A DNA stretch of 64,000 nt from Octopus sinensis (taxonomy: Eukaryota): assembly GCF_006345805.1 (NCBI RefSeq), contig NC_043000.1:123194001-123258000 (forward strand), given 5' to 3'. The translations under genes were made by a program, and so were the position numbers. Each line of letters starts with the position of its first letter. Position 1 is the stretch's first letter. The notes below the pieces were generated by a model. It was given only the letters and a program-made list of their open reading frames with translations. It ran no database searches and was not told where the DNA came from. This document shows positions 39,831 to 55,639 of the stretch, piece by piece.

Positions 39831-42800
39831 AAAATAATATTTAGTTGTTTTACTTCTAAAACTAGCCATTGATGAAATCCTTCTTATATTGGATTGATCA
39901 ATTTATGATCTAGCTGTAACCATCTAGTTTCTATTGTGAGCATTTTTACCCTAAGATTTAGAATGGTTCTTAGCATTAAAAATAGAATTTTTTGAACAAG
40001 GTTTATATGAGTAGACTGAATAGCTCAGAAGCTATGTAATAGCTGAAATGTCTACTTTAAAAAAGTTTCACATCATTAATGTTGAATGATGAATCTAATA
40101 AATATATGGCCAATTCTTAAGATTGGGATTACTTTTATATTTAAAATTCTATGATGTAGCAATATAACAATATAATACTTTTATATATATATATATCTGT
40201 CCAATTTTTTACCTATTTCAAAATATTTTTCCTGTTGATACACCGAGATAATCTTATACAGGATCAGTATATCAATTTGCACATATTAGCATTGATTTCT
40301 TGGTGCAGTAACAGCTTATTATTTGTATGTATGTGTATTATATATATATCCTAGTTTAATGTACCAAGCTAGGGCTATGCTGGGAAATACCATTCTGTTG
40401 AGAATAAGATTTGAAATTATTAAAAATGGCAGTTTATCCATTTCATAATCATAATAATGATACAAATATAAAAAAATTATAATTCAATAAATATAAGTTT
40501 TAGAATACATTATTATATCTTTCTCACCCTTTAATCAAATATATATGAACATAGTTATTGATAATTAGATGACTCCAATACTGATGAACAAGTCATGAAT
40601 TCTCAGAACACCATATGTTTTGTGTTAATGGTTTTCAAAATATTTCAGCATTTAACTATATCGTTATAATATGAATCATTTTGATAAGTATATTATTAAA
40701 TAAAGAAAAGTAAAAAGAAAAGCATAGTTCCCAAACTATGTAATATTGCTCTGCTATTCTGTAATACTTCATTTGTTTATTATTGATATGTAGATAATAT
40801 TTAAAGTTCTTCTAACAACTTGAAAATGTCTTTGTACTATTTCTCATAATGCTGTTTCTAGTCTTCATATCAAAGACATCTTGACAAGATATCACTTTCC
40901 CAATATACTGGAATATTTTTCTATATGATCTCTAACTATCTAAATTGATTTATATATTTAATTCAGTGACTTTTATTCCTTACCTTGAGAATCACACTAG
41001 TCATCATTCTTTTATAAATGTTGACTATTTCTTCATGCTCATCTTGCTCTGTTTGATTTCAGCAAATTGACATGTTTTATAAATATTATTATTGTATTAA
41101 GTTGAAATAATATGTTGTCATAACATAGAAAGAATTATTGTCCTATTTAATTGTAAATGTAGATTTTATCCCTTCTTCATTATCTATTACTGCACAAGTG
41201 AGTTCTATTTGCACATATATAATGACTGCTATTTCTAGAAGGTCAGCTGGCAACAATTTGATGGAACTATATTGAATATTCCATTAGTATTTTTTATTTA
41301 TGTTGTGTTGTGCACATACAGTTCATGTAAAAAGCCTTAAATCTTTTGGCATTTCCTATCAATTAAAGTGTTTGTCATTTTGTTTATATCATGTCTCTTA
41401 GAGAATTTCTAGAGAGAGATTTTGGAATGCTTCTAGTCATAAGAAAAGCATCATCCATGCTGATACAGTGCAACAAACATTTTCTTCATATAATGGTGAT
41501 GTTTGATGTCACTGAATCTAAATAGTCAAGTCTTTGACAGCTGTGTCTTGTAGCTAGTAATTATATTTCTTTGATACAAAATATAATATATAATGCATAA
41601 GTACAAGAAAATTTACACACCTTATCCAATTCTCCCACTCATATTTCCCTTTTGAGTCAAATTGTTGAGTAATAACTCCATCTGTCTTTGTTGAGTGTCA
41701 TTTTTCATTAGCAAATATGTACAATATCCTAATGCCCTTCCCTTGCTGTTCAGAAGTAACTGAACCAAAAGTACAAAAGCTATTTGCATTGATTGTATGA
41801 CTCTACTCAGTTTCTGAAAAAGCTGATAAATGTGATTACAGGATTACAGATATGGATGCTTCCAGTAGTGTTTTTTATGTTCAAATTAATAACTTTTTGA
41901 ACTACAAAATATCCTGAATATTCATAGCAATACTGATAATACTGATGCTGCATTTGTATCATAGTATATGGGCTTGTTCTAAGAAAACTTTGATAATCAT
42001 AGCCTAAGGAATTCTTTTTTAATAATCTACTCTTTAAGTCAATATATGCAACGATTTCACCCTTTTTAATATATTTATTGAAGTTTATAATTCTTTCACG
42101 CATAAGTTTCTTCACAACTTAACTGTTATATCAAAGTCATTATTGTTTTTCAAAACAAGGTGGTGAAGATCCAGGACATAAAAGCTGCCAAATAGTTTGT
42201 AGTTTCTCAACTTTTTGCAAGAGATTCTTACTACAAATGGGATATCTTGAGAAATACTTCTTATATGAAGTTTTTGCTTCAGAGCTACTAGTTACCTCCT
42301 TTCACAATCTAAAATTACAATAGAATTTAAATAAGATATTATTAAGTTACATTTCATCGTGTTAGAATGTAATATTATATAATAAACAATATTACATGTA
42401 ATCTTGTTTATCACTGATTCATTCATCACTGCTCTGGGATAACATGGTACAATCAATTGTGTACCATTTTATTCTTAGAACAAATTGATCTTTGGTAACA
42501 TGGTCAGTGATCTGTCAAAGATTCTGCAAATACTGCAAAAATGCACCTCAGTGACCACTCACAATTCTCAGCTACCTAGAATGTACTGACTATCTCTGGT
42601 ACTTACATGACTGTACTACAAGATTGCATATTTTTTGTATACATTTACTTATTCATAACCATCAACATGGAACCAGTCAAATGAAAAAATATGAAGGTAC
42701 TTGATCTTAAACAATGTAGATGAGTGTATTTTCTACAAGAAAAGACAGATGATCTAAAAATATGATGGTGGAAGAGTCATTGCTGTAGGCTATATGTTTC

Positions 42801-43269
42801 ATGTCAATGAATCTACTATTCATTCCATTTACAAAGTGCATGGAGATTATTCATTTATCACTGATTCATTATTACTGTATTTTGTTTTCTTTTAATTTTT
42901 TTAACCAAACCTCCGTAATAAACAAGAATATATTATTGAATACATTTATGATTTTTCATAACCTATTGGTTGATTTTGATATCATATGCTATCTATTTCT
43001 GTTGGGTATTATTAGTAGCTCATAATTTTTATTGAATTTGATTTCCATAGTAGTTTCCATCTATGTTAAAACTTTAGAAGCCTAATGTACACTTAATCAT
43101 TTAATGTATAGCTACAGCCAATTCACTGACATACTGTAGGCAAGTGATATGCTATTTCACTTAATATACTTAAAAATGAATGTTTAAGTAATCGCACTCC
43201 TTCTCTCTCCCTATATATATATAGGTAGGTTTCGGTAGATAGACAGATAGACTGATTGGTAAATGGATG

Positions 43270-43390
43270 CATAGATACATACATACATGCATGCATGCAT
43301 GCATCCATCCATCCATCCATACATACATACATACATACATACATACATACATACATACATACATACATACATACATGAATGCATGCATGA
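43270..43390. repeat. (TACA)n/(TGCA)n/(TCCA)n microsatellite
   Basis: Directly visible. Confidence 0.95.
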
Positions 43391-43489
43391 GAACAGTAAC
43401 CTCTCCTGAATTTGTGATAAGTATACCACACATCACTAAGGTTATGCCATTGCTATCTAAGAACAGGAGATAACTACTAAATAGCTGAT

Positions 43490-43760
43490 CAACCATACAG
43501 ATAAGGATGCCTCTAAAACCTACATGCTGTAATAGAAAGTGTTAATGATGCCATACCAGTTTGGAAGATATCATTTACATCATCAGTAGCTGTCCAAAAA
43601 TGTCTGTAAAATACTACCCTCTCACAAGAAATGACATTGTTGCTAAGACAGTCTACAATGCTTTATACAGAATGGATTATCCTCACAGCAGATCAGAGCT
43701 AAAAATTATCCACACCGTCAGAAATAAAGTGAGTGTTGGCAAAACATCCCAATAAAAACA
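43490..43760 (+). mobile_element. fragment of an RLE-type (R4/NeSL-like) non-LTR element, CCHC knuckle region
   Basis: C.RKC..C...LEDIIYIISSCPKMS..YY...RNDIVAKTVY resembles the C-x2-C...H-x4-C plus RHD.VA signature preceding restriction-like endonucleases. Confidence 0.55.
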
Positions 43761-44164
43761 GCAGTATAAGCACAATAGGTCAGTTACAGTTGTATGAGTA
43801 TAAGCACAATATGCCAGATATAGTTGTATGAGATAAAAGAAAAATTGTGCACTATTACCTAGTAGGCTCACATCCACTCTGATCTCTATAAAAATTGGGA
43901 AAAAGATGTGTAATGAAAGATTTCAGACAAAGGACTCTAAAATAAGAATAATAATAAAGCAGAAGTGAAGACCAAGTACATAGTACACGTGTTTAATCAT
44001 GTGTGTGCATGTGCATGTGTGTGTGTGTGTGTATGTGTGTGTATACAAGCATACAGGTAGATATAAACATAGATATATAGATATAAATACATATGCACAT
44101 GGATGTCTGTATGTATAGTATAATAGAATATAATTGAATACATAACAGAAATCTTGAAAAGCAA

Positions 44165-44355
44165 ATGCATGAATAAAATGCTGCTGCGTTCATGTCCTCA
44201 TAACTTAGTGATTCGGCAAAAGTGACTGATATAATAAGTACTAGGCTTACAAAGAATAAGTCTTGGGGTTGATTCCTTTAACTAAAAAACCTTTTAAGGT
44301 GGTACTCCAGCATGGCCACAGTTAAATGCCTGAAATAAGTAAAAGAATAAAAGCG
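44165..44355 (+). mobile_element. SINE 3' half
   Basis: aacttagtgattcggcaaaa...ggtggtactccagcatggccacag...tgaaataagtaaaaga; reverse complement of 36905-37060. Confidence 0.75.
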
Positions 44356-44393
<38 letters not shown>

Positions 44394-46589
44394 AACATAT
44401 ATGCATAAACAAACAAACATAATATATATCTGACAAAGGTTGCTGTATATTGACTTCCTTTCTTTACTCTGTAAGATTTGAATCCATTACAAATATCACA
44501 CATAGGTTTTTGGGCACTTTCAGCAGAAATGTTTAAGACATATTCTGAATGTTAGCTAATCCTGTGGATTTGAGGCACAGAGATCTTGAAAAGAGCAAAA
44601 TTCTGGAATAAAACAATAGTACACAAACACCATTTTTATTGAATCAAGCACTTTGTATGAATAATTGATCAGTGGTTTCTAAAGAAGATGCTATCTGATG
44701 AATTTGTATGCAGAAAAATGCTCAACACAAGTTAAGGCTGCTTTGTAACAACATTGTAAACTCATTATATGCATTTGGAATAAGTTAAATCACCTAAGAA
44801 AGAAATGGTTTTGGTTGACACAAATAGTAAAAATAGGTACTGGATGATGCTAGGTACTAAACATAATGCTTCACTTGGGCACTGATTTATACAGGCTTTA
44901 CAACAAACATAATGAAAGACTGTCAGATACCAACACGGCCTCCTGCTACCCACAAAAATCTTGTAGAGGGTGTCAGTACGAGGATTTCAAACCCATCCTT
45001 GATGCTTTTGACACAGTGCCTTTACACCCTATTACAACAAACCCACTGCTCTAGCAGCCAGCTGGTTTAAGGACTACATCAATTATATACCTAGGCCTAA
45101 CAGCACAAAAGAAAGTGCTGCCATAACGTCCTCTGGTTTACCTCACTTTTTCTCATTCAGCACAAAAACATGCATGGGAAGGGCCATCCTTGGATTAGTA
45201 AATAAGCATTTTACAATAGGCACATAAGTATAAGGAATTATTCAAGCAGCATACCTTAAGGGTCTCATCCAGTTGTGCATCTAGTATCTAAAATTATAAA
45301 TGAATGCTCCAAAGACTCATGCAGAGGAGGGTGCTTATATAAGGTTAATTGATTTCCCAGTGAATGGTCAAGGCAACTAAAAGATCTGCCAAGCACAGGT
45401 AGCTTTATCTAACAACTAAAACAGAATGACACACAGAGAAATATGTTGGAACAATGGTGGGGTTCCTTTACAGCCTAGCTAAATAATCACTGATTTTCTT
45501 TTAGAATCCAAGAGCAGCACAATATAGCAATTAAAAGAGAAAAGAACATCATCCAAAAATCAGCTGAAAACTGCTGGAACAGCCATGGCCATATCTGAAT
45601 GGAAGTAGATATTGCAAGTTTTGCTTGGCCAAAAAGAGAATCATCCTAAAAAATTCCAATGATTCAGGTGTATTCCTGAACTCAAAATGCAAAATATTTC
45701 GTTCCTGTTCTTATAAAAGGAAGTTCATTTAGGTAACATGGTCATTCTCTTTCCTCACTAAAAATGTAAACATATACATACCCACATTTGACACCCTTCA
45801 GCCACAGATGACATCATTCCATGGAGGAGCAACTATTTTTACCCTACTGGAAAATATAGCTTTTCACCACACTTTCATTTTGCTCAGTTCCTTTTGAATT
45901 TATCAAGTAAACCAAGACTATATATAAATATTTATATAAAATAATGGCTTGTGTAGCATATATATATATATATATATATACCTTCAACATGAAAGAAGCT
46001 ATGCACTTCTGGTCAGCATGTCCTGAAAAATTGTCAAGATTGCTAATTACAATGCCTGCATGACATTCTGGCCAATTATATGCTATAACCAGTAATATAC
46101 TGCTTGACAGCATAAATTTGTTTGTCTGTGTGTGTAGAGTATGTATTGTTTTTTTTTCATGTATTAGGCTAGTGTTAACATACAACCACGAAAATTATTT
46201 GATTACTTATATTGGTTTGTCAAGTTGTTTTATGAATTCAGTATGCTAAATAATGACTTTGAAAAATGATTTATTGTTTAGAAGTGAAAATAAAATATGA
46301 TTCCTCCAACAGTAACACAATATATCCATCAAACAGTAACTGCTAGTAAGTTTCATTGAAGAAATAATGACTTTTAATTTCATTTTGATGAATTGCACTA
46401 TTGTAAAATTTTATGATTCACATATTTTATTTTGTGGTGTAATACAGAAGAAACAATTGAAATTTGAAGATAACCCAATGTCAGATATAATGTATTACTT
46501 TGCAATATTAAAATCAAAATTATTGTTAGCTAATACTAACATTTTAAAATAAAGTATGTCCTATACTTTCATGATGAGAACATTACAAT

Positions 46590-46670
46590 AATGATGATGA
46601 TGGTGACAAGAATTATGACAATGATGACTACAATGATGACAACGACGACGACGATGACGATGACGACGAC

Positions 46671-46715
<45 letters not shown>
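46590..46715. repeat. (GAT)n/(GAC)n trinucleotide repeat
   Basis: Directly visible. Confidence 0.95.
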
Positions 46716-46717
<2 letters not shown>

Positions 46718-49700
46718 GTACAATTTTTTAAAATTTTATCAGATAATAATTTAGAATAAGCCATTGCACTCCATCTTTGTCACATTTAAATTAACTTTTA
46801 ACAGAGGTTAATAGGATACAATTTTATTAATAACTTAAACATTTTAGTATATTTATGAGGCATTTAGCTCTTATGTACTTGCAAAATCTAGATTATTATA
46901 TATCCACATGGATATATAATATGCATAGTTACTGATGCATACATACATGTGTGTATGTGTGTGTGTATTCACTTATAAATATTTTTATGATTCTATAAGT
47001 TAATGAAATGTAACTTAGATAGTAACTTAGATTATTGAAGCAGACACCAACTGATGTAAAAATATTCAACTGAGCAACTTATATGTTTAGCATCAAACTA
47101 TGATGTATCATACTTATTAGAAACTATAAAACTGTTACATCCTATAATTGTAATTTCTTTCATGCTTTATATATGCTCATACATTTCAATTTTATTATGA
47201 AAAGAAATAATATTTGCATAAACATATTTTATTCATAGTAAAAATTAGAATATTCTTTAAAATTGATAGTTTTTCAATGGTAAATCCCCAATTCAAAATA
47301 TCTGAAAATACTCTTATTGTGGGAAAACTTGAGAATATTTTAGGAGCAGTGCACATGGCTCATAACAGCTGGAGGTATTTTAGTACAATAAAAGAGATTT
47401 TTAATATAATGTTCTGAACCAGAAGGAAAATGGAAAACACTCAAAAACCAAATCTAAACAAAGTATCTTAGATTATCAACATGGAACAATTTTATACAAA
47501 TGATACCATTTCTCTCTCATAAAACTCATTCATTCTCTAAAACAGCTGATATATAGATAGCTTGAATATATTTATAATAAAAATGAAGATTAATATATGA
47601 ATACATATATATATATTCATGTATATGAATATATATATGTACATATATGGATCTTATTACCAATTACTGTTTAAAGTGTGTTTGTGTGTGTATTTGTTTG
47701 TTCAAGAATGTAAGTATAAGATTTCCATTGATAAATGTATATTATTGAAAGCATGTGTTCACAGAGATAGCAAGTCACAGCTGCAGTAAATAGACAATAA
47801 TTAGCTACTCATTAAGCGAATGTTACTCATCACTCAGCACGACTAGAATGCAAATTACACAGTCCCCACACTCTCTTTGTGCCCTGGCAATGCATGCGTG
47901 CTATAAAATATGGAGGATTATTAAAGGAGACAAAATGGTACAGAATGTCAATAGAAATTTTAATTTTCTTCTACTTTTTCATCGTCAATTATAAATATAT
48001 TTAAATCTCATTTTCAGTTTAGGTAATCTGTTAGTCCATAACCAGCAATAATTCTCATAAGTTGTTTAAATTTTCATAGACCAAGCTGTCTGTATAAATA
48101 GCAAACGCTCAGAAAAAAAGGAAATAAATAAAAAAAAATAATGACAAATTATTATCTAGCAAATACTTAATTTGCGAATTATTTCTATTTTTGTCTTATG
48201 TCACTTTTTTTTTTGTAATTTATAATTATGAAATAGTAAACTCAAAGCTTAGCATAAACTGGAAGCATAATTACTATGCAGTAAACAAGAGAATTATTAT
48301 CATAAATTCCAAGTATCTATATTGCTTTAAATCCATGATTAAACTCTTATACATATTGGACTTCTTTTCTTCTAATAGTCCAGATAAAGATATTTATCTG
48401 AGTTTGTTAATACTCACATTTATGCTTAGCATACCTTAGTGACACTCAGTAAGTTAAAATTCTAATTTTGATGCAAATTAAGCAGTTTTTATGTAATGTC
48501 ATATGACTAATTCATGTTGATTGCTGTTGGGTATTTTGAATCACTCAACAATTTATATAAATTGGTCTATTCTGTGTATTCAAGAACTATATGTGTGCAT
48601 ACCTTTTAATTAAGATTAAATTTATAAACCCTTCTTTGTTACATAGGTTTTCAAATAGTGATATAGTGTATAAGACACCTGAGATCCTGAGTTACAAATG
48701 AAAGTTCAATTCTGGCACAAAATATGTATGTGATATCTGAAGATAATTAAAGACTATACTCATCAAAACATTAAGTCGAGATACAAAAGATAACATTAAT
48801 TGTCTAATAATTTAGAAAGAAATAGAAAGCAATACATGTAATAGGATATACTTGAATAATTTGAATATTCTTTTTTAAAAAATTCTTTATAAGGTGTCTG
48901 TTAGAAGAGATATTAACCCTTAGATGTTTAGTTTCAACCATCTATGTTTTTGGTTCAAATCCCATCAAAGTACTTTTACTTTCCATTCCATCAGGGTCAG
49001 TAAAATAATCACCTGTAATATACTGTCATCGACTGTTAGCCTTATGCTTAAAAGTGAATGATAAATTATTCACTCCAGTAAATAATAATTTCATTGATCT
49101 GCAAAATATGATTCTTTTGTGGTTTATGTTGTTGTTTTTAAGCCTGTTCTATTAGATAAATGCTTATAAATTTTGTCCCAATAAGAAATTCAAACTAACA
49201 CAGATTTCCTAATGTAACACTATTTATTTTCCTGAGATCTGTTTTCTGGGGGATCCTGTAGTTTTTCCAACAAACAGCTATAGTCCTTGAGCAAGTATCT
49301 TCTATCAAAGCCTCATATTAGCAAATCTTTTGAATGATGAAAACTATGTATAGATATGTAGGCATGTGGAGGTCTTTACTAATGTATGCTAACAAGGGAT
49401 TTAAACATCAGCTGGTAAACAAGATAGACATTAGTTTTTTGGGGGTTTTTTTTCTGAAATCCCTTGTGATATCAGTTCTGTGGTTGGCCTGTTGGAAACC
49501 TATAAACACTGAAATTATTGTTCCCCTGATGTTATATATAAAAAGTGAAAGTAAACAATGTTTTTCTTATTCCTGTGATTTTAAAACCAAAATTAATGGA
49601 CTGGCATTTGATAGTCTGTCAAAATGTATTTTCAGGTTTGAAGTTAACACATAGTTCACACAAATGACAGAAAGTAAAAATTGAGTGAAATATCATTCTC

Positions 49701-51919
49701 ACTACTGAATACTTTTTCTTTTTCTCATTCTAGCTTTTACTTCATTATTTACTTCAGCTGATATTAATATCTATCTTCATTGTAATACAATTTGGTTCAC
49801 AGAAAAATTTCCTTTAGAAATAAATTACCTAAATTCTTTTGTAGAAAGGAAATATGGGGAAAGTTATATATTGTAGTTAGCAAAAAGGAAATTAGTTAGA
49901 TCACATAACTTCATATTTGAAAGATATATTCCTTTAGAAACAAATATGGTTTTTCTATGTGTGCACTTCTAATTCTTCACAAATGACTCTCTAAATATAT
50001 TGAATTATATATTCACCAATATAGCACTTCTATAGATATTTTAGCAATTATAGCCATAATGCTTATGAAAATAACATTACAGTGCTATATTTTTTTAAAT
50101 GTTGGGCTATTTTTGGCCATTCTAAATGCAAGATTGACAATCTGTTTCTTATTAAGTCTCCTTTAACAATTCAAAACTATTATCTGCTGAATGTCTTATT
50201 TTCTTGCTGTCTTTGTATGGTATATCTTGTTTCTTTCATACCATCTCATTCAAGATAACACTTTTCACTCATATTCTGTTACTTCGCAAAATTTCATGTG
50301 CTAAGAATCTTTAATAGCAATTTCTGCTGCTATTATTTCACTTCTCTCAATCTGTCTTCCTTCAACTTAAATGTATCTGTATTGTTATGAAGTTCAATTA
50401 ATTTAACTCTATCATATTCCTCTGCAGTTTCTGAAAGAGTTACTTCCTATTATTTTCACCTGTCCTGGCTTTGTTTTTTTGACTTTTTCTCATTTTAAAA
50501 AGATTCTTCACCCACATATCGCAATAATGTATTCAGTCATTAAATAGTCAATATAAATTAAAATTGTATTGTATATTAGGAATAGTTTTAGATCTAAAGC
50601 CAAATTAAAATTCAAGAAATATAAATATATTCATAAGTGAAAATTTTCAAAAAGAAAACAAAAAATATATATTTAAAAACTATTTTCCATTCTTCTAAGA
50701 AATTTACATAATACTACTGTAAATTTAATAATTTAACGAGACTACTTGAATTTTAATCTTAAAGTAAAAGGATTTTTATTTTCTACGAAGTGAGAATTCT
50801 GAATAAATTAAATTACTGAGCATTTTAGTACAACTCTGAGAGAGTAACATGAAAACACCAACGCACTTTTAATTTCTATTTTCAAAGCTATAAAATAATA
50901 TTAATGATAATTAGAAAAGGAGATAATTTTTTTTTATTATAATCAAAACCAGGATAAATTTTGTGAAAATAAATAGAGACTTGACAAATGTGATAATTTT
51001 AATGAATTTCAGTGAAAGATATTTAAAAAAATAAATGTTACTCTTTTATTTATATAGGATTTATGATCTACCAGCAAATATTTCATATTTGATATGTCTA
51101 TATAAAGAATATTGTTATAAATGTTTTAACAAATATGATTTGAAATAAATATATTTGTATATGTGCTTCACTTTGTGTGTGTGCGTATGTATGTTCATGC
51201 CAAAAACCTGGGATACTCATAGACATATACATGTGTATATATATATATGTGTGTGTGTGTGTATATATATATATATGTATATATATATACATGCAAATAG
51301 ATACAGAAATATAACTATACAGATATGTGTGTGCATGTGTTTATATGAGTGTGTGTGAGTGTGTGTGCACGTATGAATATACATAAATATAGATATATAT
51401 GTATACATACACATAAATACATATATGCCTCTGTGTAGAAACATGCATATATAATATTGTTTTTGTTTGTTAATTAAAAAACACAAAATGATCAATACAC
51501 ATCTATGTCACAAATATGTTGAGTCCATTATGATTGTATGTTGGTAAACAAGATTATTTCATCATACCAAAAGATTCATGAGATTGAACTACAATAAACT
51601 AAAAATGAAATGGTGCTTATAACATTTAAACGTTTAACTTTATGGCTGGTGATATTAAATCCATTTAATCAAGCATCAACAATTGTCTGGTGTGTTCAGA
51701 TGTCACTACTGCTGTCTGTTGATGAAATAATTGTATATACTAACATATTATTATGAATATATAGATATGTATGTATGTAAATATATATATACACTCATAT
51801 ACATACACTTATATATATATGTATATATATAAATACACACACATATTTATACACTCATACATATATCTGTGCCTATTTTATTGAAATATATATATATATA
51901 TATGTATATACATACATAC

Positions 51920-51959
<40 letters not shown>

Positions 51960-52547
51960 ATGTGTGTGTATAAGTACATATACGTATATGGATATTTACA
52001 TATGAATATATATGTAACTATAGTGAAATTTCATATATACATTATATGCATATTTGTATGTATGCACGTATTTTATATTTATATATTTATATCAACATCA
52101 TCATCTCATCATCATATTTTACCATCCACTTTTACACAATGACATTGATCAGACTATATTTTTTGAGGTAGATTTTCTATGATGAGATGCCCATTTTGTT
52201 GCCACATCTAACCTTTTTACCAAAAAGGGAGAATTACTCCTAGTCCTTTAAATACAGACAGCGCAATAGCCAAATATAATTAAAGAAGAATGCAAAGAAA
52301 GTCATCACAAGTAAGGTGGTAATTTTTGTTTACAACTCAGGAATAATATCAAGGAAAGGAGACACTCACATGCACATGCGACACACACACATGCACACAC
52401 ACTCACAAAGGGAAAAGTTTTATCAATTTCTGTCGACCAAATCTACTCACAAAACATTAGTTGACCTATAGTAAATGATATTGATCAAGAGACCATGTAT
52501 GTACATATATATATATATATATATAAACAAAAGTTATAAACAATATA

Positions 52548-52646
<99 letters not shown>

Positions 52647-53415
52647 TTTAACAGATATATGTATATTTTAGCAAATCATATGTATTACAAACATACATTA
52701 ATGTAAAGTTATATAAGTATACAAATACATATTTATACATATATATTTACAATGTGTGTGTGTAAATATATCCATCATGTTTTCCCATCATTCTAACATC
52801 CATTTTTTTTCCATGTTTGCATGAGTTAGAATTTTTGGGGACAGATTTTCTATGGCTGGATGCCCTTCCTGTTGCCAACCACTTGTTTCCAAAAAAAAAA
52901 TAATATCCCCCCATGGTTGGACATGTTTTTATGTAAGCTTGGAAACAAATGATACCATTTCTGTTATGGTGAACTCATTTACCATTATCATACAATATCA
53001 AACCAGTAATACAAACACACACACATATATATAAATACATACATACAAATAAACATATATACACATGTATATATTATGGTGGTGTACTTGCCATTCAAGC
53101 GTTTTGATCTGAGATTGTGTGTTGATACTAAAATGCCTGCAACATGGAAGACCATTATTAGACATTTAGAAATACACAAAAATTTCACTTAAACATTTAT
53201 TTTTTGTAATATGGTATCAAAATTTTCATAGCTCAAAACCTCATAATAGTCACTGACAAAATGACACTGCATTTAAGTATGGGCTTATATATATGTATTA
53301 TTTAATAGACGCAATACATGAGTTTATGTGCTACTAATAGTTTCTTATGCTGAGAACATGCCAAATAATGAATTATAACATGTGTAACATCCCAACTCAT
53401 TTACATATATATTTA

Positions 53416-53456
<41 letters not shown>

Positions 53457-53879
53457 GATATATAAGCATAAGCCTACACTTTAGATGCAGTGCAATGTTG
53501 TCAGTGGCTAGGTTAAGATTTTGAGCTACAAAAATTTTAACACTATATTACTAACAATAAGTGATTAAGTGAAGTTAACAGTTTTGTGTATTTCTGATTG
53601 ACTAACAAGGCTATTGTATTCCACAGTCACTTTATGTTTCAACACAGTCTCAAATCAAAACATTTGCCTGGGAAGTATACCTCCATAATATGCATTTCCT
53701 GTAATCCTTCTTCTACTATTCTTTCTCTCTTCCTTTGACATTGTATTTAGGATGAATACAATGTAAGTGAGCAGGCTGAAGTCCCAAGGAGTGGCTTTCT
53801 GAAAAGAACAAGCTGGAGTAATACACACACACACATATACGTGTATGTTTGTATACACAAACATATATATACATATCAG

Positions 53880-54385
53880 TTTATTTGTTTAGCATCCTTG
53901 ATGCTTCAATGATTTCATCTGAACATGCCCCTCCCCCCATGCATGTTTTTAATTTGTTGACATTTACTATTCCACTGACCTGAAGCAAGTTGTCCACATA
54001 GATTAGATGTTTTCTTCCCTTGTAGATTCTTCCTTCACCTGACTGCCAAAATACCAGTTGACACACAGGTCCTTCTGGGTGCCTGATGCAATGACCAGCT
54101 ATTCTCATTCTTCTCTCCTGAATTTTCTCAGTCATTTTGGGTAGATTTTGATAAAGCTGCTTGGATGGAAAATAGTGAAAAGGACTTTGCTGTACAGAAG
54201 TCACTTGCTTGAAGTGCATGTCACAAACTGTATAAAGTCTGGAATTCTAAGATGGCACAAAAATTAAAAATTAGGTTGTTTGTCTCCACAGCAGAGTCAG
54301 TTTTGTTATACAGTTTTGAAACTTGGACCCTCCCAAAAAGCTTGAAAAACAAAAAGAATGTTAAGAATGGCTTTGAATGTTATAT
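53880..54385. mobile_element. RTE-type LINE fragment with an internal inversion
   Basis: + strand ~54160-54385: WMENSEKDF...KVWNSK..QKLKIRLFVSTAESVLLY...LRMALNV. Minus strand ~54160-53880: QLYQNLPK..EKIQERRMRIAGHCIRHP...YVDNL. Confidence 0.8.
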
Positions 54386-54429
54386 ACATATATATTCGTG
54401 TGTGTGTGTGTTATACATGCACATATGTA

Positions 54430-54580
54430 TGCATATGTGTGTCAGGCTTCTTTCAGTTTCATCAACTAAATCCACTTATAGGGCTTTAGTCAGTCTGGAG
54501 CTATAGTAGAAGACACTTACCTATGATGCTACTCAGTGAAACTAAAAAACACATAGTTGGGAAATGGTCTTCTTAACTAC
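54430..54580 (-). mobile_element. tRNA-derived SINE head
   Basis: ggcttctttcagtttc...aaatccact...ggcttt...tagtagaagacactt shared with 37170-37320. Confidence 0.7.
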
Positions 54581-55639
54581 CTGTCATGCACACACACACA
54601 CACACCCTATTCAATTATTCATGTTCAACCAGAAGTTGCGGCCATGTTGAAGCGCCAGCATTAGCAGTAATGCTTACTTACTTTTTCTGCCACCAGAATT
54701 AACCCTCACAAAGTAGTGTGTTGGACAGAGCTGCCCTTTGCATTCTTTGCCATGATGTGGACTAACCTGATATATCAAATAAAATTTTGTCTAATTGTTC
54801 TCTGAACACATCCACTCACCATAGATCTTTGAGGCTTTTTGATGGCCTTTGAACACTAAGCTGTTACAATAATGGATCCTTGCTCTGGATAGCAAGGGTA
54901 GAGTTTTTGGTACTATGTTGTGGCATCTAATCAAGTGATTGGAATAGCTTTCAATCCCAGAGTTGAGTGCTACACAGTCTAGAATCTCATATATGTATAT
55001 CACTGCATATCTTTTGCATCTTCTCTCAAAAAATTAGAGTCTCAGCTCTTTTAGACTCTCCCAGAATCTCATCTGCTACACCAAGACAATATTCTTGATG
55101 TAATGTCATTGAATTGCTGCATGTTCTGCAGTTAAAATGCACTTTGTGGTGACCATAACTGGCAGTAGTAATCTAGGTGACTGAGAATGAATGTTCTCCA
55201 TAGAAGAAACATGGTTTCATTTTTCCTTGTTCTGAATGATCATAGAATCCAATAAACAAGTTCCTGCACATTGTTTCCATCTTAAAAATATGCAGGCAGA
55301 ATGATGCACCACCACTCATGTAGGTTCCCAGGTTCTGCACTGACACTGGCTTCAATATTGTAATATTCACTGGTTATGTGAATTCTGAGTGCAATTTGTT
55401 AGCATGTTTCTAGCAAAGTGCTTAAAATATCTATATACTTACATATGTAAATATATTTGTACATTTATGTAGGTGTGTGTGTGTGTGTAGATGTGTGTCT
55501 GTCTGTCTGTGTGAGCAACAGGAAAAACATCCAGCCATAAAAATACTGTTGCAAATAGGTACCCCCCACCAACACTGATGTTAAATGAAGTGAATAAATA
55601 TATATATATATATGATATGATATATATATATGTTTGTAC

